64,000 bases of DNA from an uncultured Gemmatimonadales bacterium (GTDB taxonomy: Bacteria > Gemmatimonadota > Gemmatimonadetes > Gemmatimonadales > GWC2-71-9), in contig CAVVWJ010000002.1 in assembly GCA_963751925.1 (NCBI GenBank), forward strand, positions 2,086,560 to 2,150,559, written 5' to 3'. Position numbers and translations under genes: made by a program. The stretch's first letter is position 1; each line of letters begins with the position of its first letter. This document shows, in pieces, positions 38,720 through 47,273 of this stretch. The notes beneath the pieces were generated by a model. The model did not search any database, was not told the DNA's origin, and saw nothing but the letters and a program-made list of their open reading frames with translations.

Positions 38720-38748
38720 AGTATAGCCGTACGAGGAGCCCCAGGCAA
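38720..38748 (-). promoter_or_regulatory. sigma-70-like promoter upstream of gyrA
   Basis: The minus strand reads TTGCCT-17 nt-TATACT. The -10 element ends about 60 nt upstream of the gyrA ATG. Confidence 0.4.
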
Positions 38749-38800
38749 CCCCGAGGTGACTGCCTAAGTAATTGAGGAGAAACAGGTTACTGACTGAGGA

Positions 38801-39373
38801 TCAGTTCGATTCACTGTCCGCGGGTGGACGGTCCTCCGGGGCGGATTCAGCCGCTTTCGTCTCCTCCTTGATCTGGTTGCTCAGCTTTTCTATGGCCGCC
38901 TGATTGGTACGATAGAACTGTATGTTCTGCGGCGAGACAGGCAGCGAAGACGCGTCTCCTCCCATCTTCTTGATCTGCACGGCAGCCCCGGCATTCATTG
39001 CGTTAATAAGCGTCAGCATGTAGTCCCGCCCGGTGAGACCAGAGCTGGCGAGTGTGGCCCGGACCTCCGGCACCTTCTCTATTTGGGCAATTTTGGAAGA
39101 GAGCGACTTGTTCTCATCGGCCTCGCGCTCGAGCGACTTCCCGAGCCCCGGATTCCGTCTCTCGAGATCGTGGAACTTCCTGGTCGCCTCCGCGACCCGG
39201 TTGAGCTTGTCCATGCTCAGGCGATAGGTCACCAGCATCTGCCGCTCGGCGGGAGAGAGTGCTTCTCCAGTGGGGGCGGGCGGTTTGCGCGTTTGAGAGT
39301 GGACGTGGGGAGGAGCGGAGAGAGCAAGGGCGAACACACCGGCGGCTGCCAGGAGGCGAAGTTGAGTACGCAC
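38801..39373 (-). CDS. hypothetical secreted protein
   Basis: Signal peptide (LLAAAGVFALALSAPPHVHSQ). Helical, charged body. No recognisable domain. Confidence 0.5.
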   Translation of the reverse strand: MRTQLRLLAAAGVFALALSAPPHVHSQTRKPPAPTGEALSPAERQMLVTYRLSMDKLNRVAEATRKFHDLERRNPGLGKSLEREADENKSLSSKIAQIEKVPEVRATLASSGLTGRDYMLTLINAMNAGAAVQIKKMGGDASSLPVSPQNIQFYRTNQAAIEKLSNQIKEETKAAESAPEDRPPADSESN

Positions 39374-39498
39374 ACGATCCTCGAAGCGGATGGTACGAAG
39401 TGAGCACGGGGGCTAGGCCTGCAATTTTACATCCAGGCTGTAGAATGTCACGTACTCAAGTGGCGGGAAGTTCCGGCTTGCGGCCCTGAATGAGACCT

Positions 39499-39642
39499 TC
39501 AGCTACGGACCAGCAGCACCGTACCCTCCCCCTTTCCGAGAACCGGCTTGGTCTTGGGCTCCACCACCTTGCCGATCAGATGACCACCCCGGTCCGACAC
39601 CTGGTACACGACGGTGGGTTCCTGAGCCTCGAGCATCACCAT
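39499..39642 (-). CDS. small hypothetical protein (47 aa)
   Basis: ATG 39642 is preceded by AGGAGG with 5-nt spacing. Third-codon positions are predominantly G/C, as in neighbouring genes. The longer track ORF (to 39990) is antisense to the ECF sigma gene. Confidence 0.4.
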   Translation of the reverse strand: MVMLEAQEPTVVYQVSDRGGHLIGKVVEPKTKPVLGKGEGTVLLVRS

Positions 39643-39801
39643 GGTTACCTCCTGGGAAGAACTGAATCTCGGTCCGTAATTTTTTGACGTACCGATGAGA
39701 TGACCCCAGCCTGAGAAAGGTTGCGTCGGGTCACACGCAACCCTTCGTCCTGCTGCTGTGTCAGAGATGCGGTTCGAGATACCCCTAAGCTCCGGAGCCG
39801 G

Positions 39802-40335
39802 GTGAACGATCGGGACCTGATACGTGATGTGCTGGCGGGAGATCCACGTGCGGAGCGGGCGCTCTACGACTCGCATGTCGATCGGGTGTTCCGCCTGGCC
39901 TACCGCATGGCTGGTGACCTCGACCGGGCACAGGAATACACCCAGGAGACGTTCATCCGCGCTTTCGCCCGCCTGCAGGATTTCCGGCACGAAGCCAGCC
40001 TCTCGACCTGGCTCACTGCCATTGCCATCTCAGTGACTCTGAACGGCTTGAGAAAGGTTCGGCGGGTGCAGGAGCGGGAGGTAGGACTGGAGGACATCGG
40101 TAGCCTGGGGCGGTCGGTGCCGCAGGCGGAGCCAGACCTGAAGCAACGTCTGTCTCAGGCGATCAGCGATTTACCCGACGGCTATCGGGCGGTGTTCGTG
40201 ATGCACGATGTCGAAGGCTATACCCACGAGGAGATCGGCAGCTCGCTCGGTGTCCACCCTGGAACCTCCAAGGCACAACTATTCCGAGCCCGAGCCCGGT
40301 TGCGAGAAGTGTTGGCCGACTTCGCTAAGGACTGA
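39802..40335 (+). CDS. ECF-type RNA polymerase sigma-70 family factor
   Basis: Region 2 (DRVFRLAYRMAGDLDRAQEYTQETFIRAF) and region 4 (LPDGYRAVFVMHDVEGYTHEEIGSSLGVHPGTSKAQLFRARARL). GTG 39802 preferred over TTG 39721; the start is uncertain. Confidence 0.8.
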   Translation: MNDRDLIRDVLAGDPRAERALYDSHVDRVFRLAYRMAGDLDRAQEYTQETFIRAFARLQDFRHEASLSTWLTAIAISVTLNGLRKVRRVQEREVGLEDIGSLGRSVPQAEPDLKQRLSQAISDLPDGYRAVFVMHDVEGYTHEEIGSSLGVHPGTSKAQLFRARARLREVLADFAKD

Positions 40336-40340
40336 CGATC

Positions 40341-40997
40341 ATGCTGGACGATGAATTCGAGGACCGTTTGCGGGAGGCGGCACGGGAGTACAACGAGCCG
40401 CCGGAGACACCGCGAGAGGCGATGTGGACCGCGATTCAGTCGGAGAGGCTGGAAGCCCCGAAACTGGATCGAGCGCCTGCAGTCTACGTGCGCACCCTGC
40501 GTTTTCTTCGCCCTCTGAGCTGGGTTGCCGGAATAGCCGCCCTTCTCGGCATTGGAGTTGGTCTGGGCCGTCTCTCCTTGCGTTCGGAGACTGGCAAACC
40601 GGCGCAAACTGTTGCCGCTGCGCCGGGCGAAGCAAAAGTCAACGCGGCCGCCTACCGCCTCGCCACCACGGAGCACCTCGGGCAGTCGGAAGCCTTTCTC
40701 ACCCTCTTCCGCGCATCGGTGCGTCATGGTGGAGATGAGCGGGTGGCATCTGCTACGGCCCGTCAACTTTTGGCGACCAACCGGCTACTCCTCGATTCCC
40801 CGGCGGCCCAGAACGGCCGCACCAAGCTGCTTCTACAGGATCTCGAGCTGGTACTGGCAGAGATAGCCCAGCTCTCACCCCGGCCTACTTCGGGGGAGCT
40901 CGAACTGATCAATGACGGGCTGGAGAACGGCGGGATGATGTCACGACTGAGGACCGCGGTTCCGTCCGGCACAGGCACAACCCAAGGAGTGTTGTGA
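40341..40997 (+). CDS. putative anti-sigma factor (single-pass membrane protein, no zf-HC2)
   Basis: Position immediately after the ECF sigma gene. Acidic cytoplasmic N-terminus, one TM (LSWVAGIAALLGIGVGLG), and an extracytoplasmic C-terminal domain. Confidence 0.5.
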   Translation: MLDDEFEDRLREAAREYNEPPETPREAMWTAIQSERLEAPKLDRAPAVYVRTLRFLRPLSWVAGIAALLGIGVGLGRLSLRSETGKPAQTVAAAPGEAKVNAAAYRLATTEHLGQSEAFLTLFRASVRHGGDERVASATARQLLATNRLLLDSPAAQNGRTKLLLQDLELVLAEIAQLSPRPTSGELELINDGLENGGMMSRLRTAVPSGTGTTQGVL

Positions 40998-42469
40998 TGC
41001 TCTACCTCGAATGGACTTTGGCGCTGACGCTGGGTACCAGTACCCCGATATCGCCCTTGCCGGCGCCAGAAAGCCTGGGCCTGGTCGGGCTGAGCGGCCG
41101 GTCGGATTCCATTGACCTAGGAGCAACTCTACCCTGGCTCTGGAACGATCCCGCAGATTCGCTCTACCGTGCCGCTCGCGAGACGCTCAACCGGCGAGAG
41201 TACCGCCAGGCTGCCACCCTCTTCGGAGAAATTCCGAACCGCTTTCCTCGGTCGGGCTACGCCGCCGATGCTCTCTATTGGAAGGCGTTTGCCCTCTACC
41301 GGCTCGGTGGCGATCGGGATCTCCACGAGGCACTCGCTGCGCTGTCCCAGCAGAGAAGCCGCTTTCCGGATGCCGCTACCCGGGGAGATGCCGCCACCCT
41401 CGAGCGCCGAGTCCAGGGCGAGCTCGCCCGCAGGGGCGATAGTTATGCGGCGGCAGTGGTTGCGGCCGCGGCCGAATCGGTCGGTCGCACTCCGCCAGTA
41501 CCGCCGACACCTCCCACTCCGCCGGCACCACCCGCCCCCCCGGCGCCACCAGCACCACCCAATACAGTGGGTCATTCGCACGATGGCTGCGCCGAAAACG
41601 ACGACGATATGAAGGTGGCGGCGCTCAACGCTCTCCTTCAGATGGATGCGTCACGGGCGCGCCCGATCCTCCAGCGAGTACTTGCACGCCGTGATACCGG
41701 CTCGGCATGCCTTCGCCGAAAAGCGGTCTTTCTGGTGGCGCAGCAGGATGCTGCGGGCACCGAGGATATTCTGCTGGCCTCGGTTCGTACTGACCCCGAT
41801 ACGGAAGTTCGCCGTCAGGCGGTCTTTTGGCTCTCCCAAGTGGGGACGGAACGAGCTGTCAACGCGCTCGACTCGATCCTGCGCTTTTCCAAAGACCCCG
41901 ATATTCAGGACAAGGCAATCTTCGCGCTTTCGCAACACGACAGTCCGGTGGCGCAGAAGGCGCTCCGCACGTATGCCGAGCGGGACGACGTGCCGGAGAC
42001 GGCGCGGGAGAAGGCAATTTTTTCTCTTGGACAATCGGGCTCGCCGGCGAATGCCGCATTCCTCAGAACCCTCTATGGACGGCTCAAGTCTCCCGAGCTC
42101 AAGAAGAAGGTGCTGTTCTCCATTTCCCAGATGGATGGGCAGGACAACGGAAAGTGGCTGCTCGGGGTGGCTCGAGATCCATCACAGAGCATCGAGGTCC
42201 GGAAGCAGGCTCTTTTCTGGGCTGGCCAGGGCGGAGCATCCCTCGCGGATCTCACCGCGCTCTATAGCAGCGTGGGAGACCAAGCTATGCGCGAGCAGCT
42301 CATCTTCGTCTACTCACAGCGCGAAGAGCCGCAAGCGATCGAAAAGTTGATCGACATCGCGAAACGTGATTCGAATCCGGACCTGCGGAAACGGGCACTG
42401 TTCTGGCTTGGCCAGTCGGAGGACAGCCGGGCGGTTCAGGCAATCCAGGACATCATCGACCGGCCGTAG
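40994..42469 (+). CDS. HEAT-repeat protein with TPR/YbgF-like N-terminal module and Pro-rich linker
   Basis: N-terminal YRQAATLF...YAADALYWKAFALYRLG. Linker PPVPPTPPTPPAPPAPPAPPAPP. Then at least 8 repeats of a [RK]x[AV][ILV]F[WAS]L[SG]Q motif with a period of about 32 aa. Start overlaps the preceding stop. Confidence 0.7.
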   Translation: MMLYLEWTLALTLGTSTPISPLPAPESLGLVGLSGRSDSIDLGATLPWLWNDPADSLYRAARETLNRREYRQAATLFGEIPNRFPRSGYAADALYWKAFALYRLGGDRDLHEALAALSQQRSRFPDAATRGDAATLERRVQGELARRGDSYAAAVVAAAAESVGRTPPVPPTPPTPPAPPAPPAPPAPPNTVGHSHDGCAENDDDMKVAALNALLQMDASRARPILQRVLARRDTGSACLRRKAVFLVAQQDAAGTEDILLASVRTDPDTEVRRQAVFWLSQVGTERAVNALDSILRFSKDPDIQDKAIFALSQHDSPVAQKALRTYAERDDVPETAREKAIFSLGQSGSPANAAFLRTLYGRLKSPELKKKVLFSISQMDGQDNGKWLLGVARDPSQSIEVRKQALFWAGQGGASLADLTALYSSVGDQAMREQLIFVYSQREEPQAIEKLIDIAKRDSNPDLRKRALFWLGQSEDSRAVQAIQDIIDRP

Positions 42470-42483
42470 AAAGGGACGCTTAA

Positions 42484-43218
42484 ATGCGCTGGGTTCTTGT
42501 CGGCCTGACGACTGCAGGGCTGCTTCCCCTGAATCTGCGAGCGCAATCGCTGGAGCAGCGGATCTATGCCACCAAAGCAGAGGTGGTCCGCATGAGCTTC
42601 GCCGCTCGTCCGGGCGTCTGCGGAAGCGAACGGAACAGTATCAACGTTCGAAGCTCCACCGAAGAGTGGGATAGCGGCTGTGAGGCAGGCCCGGTGCGCG
42701 TGGCCCTGAGACTTCACCCGGGCCGAGCCGCTGACGTTCGCACTTATGTTGGCGGGCATTGGGCGGAGCAGGCGTCCGCCACCGATCTCGGCTCCGTACG
42801 CCCCGAGGAGGCTGCCCTGGTCCTCATCAGTCTCGCCGAGCGGGGTAGTGAGGACGCGATCCTTCCAGCCACTCTAGCCGATAGCACCGTCATCTGGCCG
42901 GCCCTGCTGCGGTTGGCCCGGAACAGGCGTGTCGGTAGTGAAGTCCGAAAGAGTGCGGTCTTCTGGCTTAGCCAGGCTGCCGGGGCGGCAATCGCGGGGA
43001 CGCTCGATTCCATCGCGAGTGACCCTGGGTCAGACCGGGAAGTCCGAAAGCAAGCGGTGTTCGCACTGTCGCAGCGATCGGAAGGGGAAGGAGTTCCCGC
43101 ACTCGTCCGCATCGCTCGCACCAACCGCGATCCTGAGATCAGGAAGACCGCACTCTTCTGGCTGGGCCAGACTGAGGACCCCAGGGCCTTGGACCTGTTC
43201 GAGGATATTCTCCGCTGA
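42484..43218 (+). CDS. exported HEAT-repeat protein
   Basis: Signal peptide (MRWVLVGLTTAGLLPLNLRAQS). Three copies of the same VRKxAVFWLSQ-type repeat. The C-terminus parallels that of the preceding protein. Confidence 0.7.
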   Translation: MRWVLVGLTTAGLLPLNLRAQSLEQRIYATKAEVVRMSFAARPGVCGSERNSINVRSSTEEWDSGCEAGPVRVALRLHPGRAADVRTYVGGHWAEQASATDLGSVRPEEAALVLISLAERGSEDAILPATLADSTVIWPALLRLARNRRVGSEVRKSAVFWLSQAAGAAIAGTLDSIASDPGSDREVRKQAVFALSQRSEGEGVPALVRIARTNRDPEIRKTALFWLGQTEDPRALDLFEDILR

Positions 43219-43269
43219 GGGCAACTTGAAGCCGGCCGAGGTTGGCCACCTCACCGTTACATTTCGCCG

Positions 43270-44346
43270 GTGCGTGCCAGCCGAGTCCACTTCGCCTGGA
43301 TCTGTCTCTGGATCCTGATTCCCGCGTGCGGACGATCGAAGCCTCTGCCGGCTCCGGTCGAGCTCGCGTCCCTCGGCGATTCGGTCGCAACGAATTATTC
43401 CGACATAACTGAAGCCGCGCCACTGGGCATCAATCGATGGGCTGTCCTCGCTCCTCAGAACGAGTCTGCAGCGATCGTTGATTTCTCCAAGCGTGCGAGC
43501 ACTCCTCTGGGCGGCCGTGGCTCCAAGCAGCTACGCAATCCCGCCAGTCTCTTCTTTGCAGCCGATACGCTCTACATCGGTGACTGGGGACTCCAGCGCA
43601 CCACGCTCTGGTCTCCGCCCACTCGGCTGGTACGGACCATTCCGACAGCTGACATGGTTCGAGGGAGACTTCCCCAGGGTCGCGACGACGCCGGCAATTT
43701 CTATCTCGACCTCTACCCCAGTGCCGGCTCCGATGGGAGCGGCAACCGAGACTCGGCGGCTGTGGTGAGGGTGGACCCGAGTTTCACTCGGGGGGACACT
43801 ATCGCCAGGCTGGCGCCGCTCGATATTGCGGAAGTCGTAGGCGATGCCGGCCGCCGATTCGAACGACGGGTGTTCGGCGGCATGGACCGCTGGGGGGTGC
43901 TGGGCGACGGCTCTCTCTGGGTCGCCCGGGTTTACAACAATCGGGTCGACTGGCGAGCACCGTCGGGGCAATGGAGCAAGGGTGAGGCACTCCCGGACCG
44001 TGTGCTCGAGGTGACGCGGTATGACCGGGAGCTATTTCTGCGGAAGTTCCCGCCCGAGCTGCGAGGTACTGCTCAGCAACTTCCCTTTGCTCCGTTGAAG
44101 CCGCCGTTCGAGGCAGGGATGACCAGCGCCGCGGGCGACGTGTGGCTGGAGAAGAGCCGGGCACCGGCCGATTCAACCCGGCGGTACCACGTGGTGGACC
44201 GGCGAGGGCGTTTGCTCAGGGAAGTCCAGTTGCGGGGCCAAGGACGTATTATTGCCGTTGGATCCGACGCGGCTCTCGTGGCGGAAGCGACCTCCAGGGG
44301 CGTTCGTCTGATACAGTTCGGCCTGCCCGCTCTACGGGTCCCATGA
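43270..44346 (+). CDS. hypothetical lipoprotein, paralog A
   Basis: Lipobox (ILIPAC). Shares conserved blocks with the next gene (DTIARLA.P, NRVDWR.P.G.W..G, PFA..KPPF, G.VWL). Confidence 0.55.
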   Translation: MRASRVHFAWICLWILIPACGRSKPLPAPVELASLGDSVATNYSDITEAAPLGINRWAVLAPQNESAAIVDFSKRASTPLGGRGSKQLRNPASLFFAADTLYIGDWGLQRTTLWSPPTRLVRTIPTADMVRGRLPQGRDDAGNFYLDLYPSAGSDGSGNRDSAAVVRVDPSFTRGDTIARLAPLDIAEVVGDAGRRFERRVFGGMDRWGVLGDGSLWVARVYNNRVDWRAPSGQWSKGEALPDRVLEVTRYDRELFLRKFPPELRGTAQQLPFAPLKPPFEAGMTSAAGDVWLEKSRAPADSTRRYHVVDRRGRLLREVQLRGQGRIIAVGSDAALVAEATSRGVRLIQFGLPALRVP

Positions 44347-44387
44347 CCTCCTGCTTTCACGTTTATGTCCTTCGGAGGACCTCAGGA

Positions 44388-45494
44388 ATGAAGGTGTGCT
44401 CTTCCTTTTCCGTGCTCTCGCTGACAGCGACGATGGCGTGCACCACGGCTCAGAGCCAGAGCGCCGCTACCCTCGACGGCACGCTGCCGGCTCGATACGG
44501 GGCGCTCAGCAACGTGGTGGAGTTGTCCAACGGCCGGGTCCTCTTTGCCGATACCAAGAACAAGCTCTTCTTGAGCGCCGATCTCTCGAAGGGCCACGTA
44601 GACACCCTGGGGACACGCGTCGATTCGTTGAAACCGGACGGGCCGGCCGGCCGGTACAAGTTTCCCGGTTGGGTGGCACATCTGGCAGGCGACACCGTCG
44701 CGCTGGTGGACTTCAGCGTGTTACGCACGACGCTCTGGAACGAGCAAGGCCGGCCACTCAAGACCCTGGCGATCAAGGAGGTCGCTGGTAACGCGCCAAT
44801 CCTGGTGTACGACACGGTGGGACACGGCTATAAAGTCGACTACCAGGCCGTTCTGGGTGGCAACGAACCAGGACACCCCGTACGCCCGGACAGCATCCCT
44901 GTTCTACGCATCTCAATCTCCTCGAGTTCGGTCGATACTATCGCCAGGCTGGCGGCACCCGAGTATGGAGATGCTACGTTCGGCGAACAGATGCAGTCGG
45001 CGGCAAAGGTCTTTGCGCCCAACGATTTTTTTGGAGTGCTGCCGGACGGGACCGCTTGGGTTGCACGGGGGCGAGAAAATCGGGTGGACTGGCGTTCACC
45101 GGATGGCAAGTGGACTCGCGGCCAATCGCATCCTTACGCCAAGGTCTCGGTGACTCAGGCTGATAGGGACCGAGTTCTTACTCAGGTTCGTGAACAGGGG
45201 AAGCAGTTCGGGATGCCGCAGGATCTCAAGATCATCTACCCTTTCGCCGACAACAAACCGCCGTTCGACTTTGCGCTGGGTCGACCCAACGGAGAGGTCT
45301 GGTTGCAGCGGCCGCGGGCACGAGATGATGCCATTCAGGTGTACGACGTGTTCGACAGAAAAGGCAGTTGGCAGCGGGAGATCAAGTTTCCCAGCGGGGC
45401 TACCCTCGCCGGCTTCGGAGCCAGGGGAGCAGTCTACGCCTCGATCAAGGACGGCCAGGGCACCCGTACGGTAGGCCGTTTGAAGCTGCAGTAG
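44388..45494 (+). CDS. hypothetical lipoprotein, paralog B
   Basis: ATG 44388 after GGAGGA. Signal/lipobox (LTATMAC). Homologous to 43270-44346. The upstream part of track ORF 44142 overlaps the previous gene. Confidence 0.55.
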   Translation: MKVCSSFSVLSLTATMACTTAQSQSAATLDGTLPARYGALSNVVELSNGRVLFADTKNKLFLSADLSKGHVDTLGTRVDSLKPDGPAGRYKFPGWVAHLAGDTVALVDFSVLRTTLWNEQGRPLKTLAIKEVAGNAPILVYDTVGHGYKVDYQAVLGGNEPGHPVRPDSIPVLRISISSSSVDTIARLAAPEYGDATFGEQMQSAAKVFAPNDFFGVLPDGTAWVARGRENRVDWRSPDGKWTRGQSHPYAKVSVTQADRDRVLTQVREQGKQFGMPQDLKIIYPFADNKPPFDFALGRPNGEVWLQRPRARDDAIQVYDVFDRKGSWQREIKFPSGATLAGFGARGAVYASIKDGQGTRTVGRLKLQ

Positions 45495-45501
45495 GTACGG
45501 C

Positions 45502-46227
45502 TCAGTCGAGGATCGGCGGGTCCTCTCCCGGTGGAGTATTTGGTCCTGGACGGTCGGCCCGCCGCCGATCGTTGCGACGGCCCTGCTCATACCAACGCCG
45601 GGTGATCTCGCCGGCGAGCTCCCGATTTCCCAATCCAAATGCCAGTCCGACCGCCAGAGCCGCCGCGCCGAGTATCAGGGTGAACGCTGCAGTGACGATT
45701 TCTTCCGCTACACCGACCTGCTGCAGGGCCATGAACAGCGAGATGATGATGACGGCGCCCTTCGCCAGCTTGGCGACGGTTGGAACCCCCGACACGCCCC
45801 CGGCCGACGCCACGATGACGCCACGCACGAACTCTCCCACCACAATGCCAAGAATGACGATCACGATTCCGGCAATCAGGGTGGGAATGAATGCGAGCAT
45901 GATCCCGAACATCTCGTTGATGCTCTCGAGACCGAGCGCGGTGCTTGCGAGGAGAATCACGACCAGCATGACCAGCCAGAAGAGAAGCTTGGCCAGCGCC
46001 CGTACGGGGTCGAGCCGTGATCCGGTGCGAACCACCACCTCGTCCAGGCCGCCGGCAGTGGCCATCCGGTTGAAATCCAGACGCTTCAGCGTGTCATCTG
46101 CCCATCGCTGAACCTGCCGCGCCAGAAAGTATCCGGTGAGCAGGATGACGGCCGCACCGACCAGAGCCGGGACGACACTGCCTATCTGTTGAGCACCAAC
46201 AAGGATTCGGTCCCAGAGTTCGCTCAC
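45502..46227 (-). CDS. multi-pass membrane protein (conserved-TM-helix / MscS-associated-like)
   Basis: About 5 TM helices and an Arg-rich cytoplasmic tail. The N-terminal block resembles 'conserved TM helix' repeat proteins. GTGA overlap with the upstream dehydrogenase gene. Confidence 0.5.
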   Translation of the reverse strand: MSELWDRILVGAQQIGSVVPALVGAAVILLTGYFLARQVQRWADDTLKRLDFNRMATAGGLDEVVVRTGSRLDPVRALAKLLFWLVMLVVILLASTALGLESINEMFGIMLAFIPTLIAGIVIVILGIVVGEFVRGVIVASAGGVSGVPTVAKLAKGAVIIISLFMALQQVGVAEEIVTAAFTLILGAAALAVGLAFGLGNRELAGEITRRWYEQGRRNDRRRADRPGPNTPPGEDPPILD

Positions 46228-47261
46228 TGTGCAACCTCGATTACGAGTTTTCCGGCCTGTTCACTGTTTCGGAGGCGGGTGAACGCTGCCACAGCATCAT
46301 CCCAGGGTACGACCCGATCGATTACTGGCCAGAGCTTGCCCTCTCCCGCGAGCCGCACGATCTCACTGTATTCCCGCCGGTTCCCGAGCGTGGAGCCGAG
46401 AAGGTCCCACTGGCGCCAGAAGAGACGGCGGAGATCGAGTGCGACGTGGGGACCGGTGGTTGCCCCGCAGGTCACCAATCGCCCTCCCCGTCTGAGACAG
46501 CGCAGGGAATCTCCCCAGCTCCGTTCGCCCACGCTGTCCACCACCACATCCGCTCCGTTCCCCCCGGTGAGCCGGCGGAACTCGGCGACCACATCAGAGC
46601 GAGTATGATTGATCGTCCCTTCCGCACCCAGGCGTCGTGCCATCTCCAGCTTGGCGTCCGCCCCACTGGTCACAACGGCTCTGCCACCGAGCAGGCGCGT
46701 GATCTGAAGTGCAGCGAGTGCCACACCGCCGCCAATCCCCCAGATCAGTACCCACTCCCCAGGCTTCAGACGGGCTCGGGAAACCAACATCCGCCAGGCG
46801 GTGAGGGTAGCCAGCGAGAACGATGCGGCCTCGGCCCACGGCATGGTTTTCGGGATCAGAGCCAGGTTAACGGAGGGCAGAACGATGTACTCCGCCGCGG
46901 TGCCGCCCAGGTGCTCTCCCAAGACCCGCAGCTTCTCACAGAGGGACTCCTCTCCCGCCATGCAAGCAGCGCACTGACCACACGAGATCACCGGGTTGAT
47001 CATCACCCGGTCGCCTGGCCGGACCCGGGATACTTCCGGGCCCACCTGTTCCACCATACCCGCGCCGTCAGAGCCCACCACGTGGGGAAAAGGGCAGGCA
47101 AAGCCCGGCAAACCTTCGGTTACGAACAGGTCGAGCCGATTGAGGGCGAAGGCGTGAACGCGGATCAGTACATCATCCGGCCGCTCAATGCCGGGTTTAG
47201 GCAACTCCTGGGCCCTCAGATGCTCGATTCCACCGGTCGCAACCAGAGTTAAGGCCCGCAT
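46224..47261 (-). CDS. zinc-type alcohol dehydrogenase / MDR-family oxidoreductase
   Basis: Structural-Zn cluster CGQCAACMAGEESLC, Rossmann motif IWGIGGGVA, GroES-like N-terminus. Confidence 0.85.
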   Translation of the reverse strand: MRALTLVATGGIEHLRAQELPKPGIERPDDVLIRVHAFALNRLDLFVTEGLPGFACPFPHVVGSDGAGMVEQVGPEVSRVRPGDRVMINPVISCGQCAACMAGEESLCEKLRVLGEHLGGTAAEYIVLPSVNLALIPKTMPWAEAASFSLATLTAWRMLVSRARLKPGEWVLIWGIGGGVALAALQITRLLGGRAVVTSGADAKLEMARRLGAEGTINHTRSDVVAEFRRLTGGNGADVVVDSVGERSWGDSLRCLRRGGRLVTCGATTGPHVALDLRRLFWRQWDLLGSTLGNRREYSEIVRLAGEGKLWPVIDRVVPWDDAVAAFTRLRNSEQAGKLVIEVAQ

Positions 47262-47273
47262 CCCCCGGATTGC

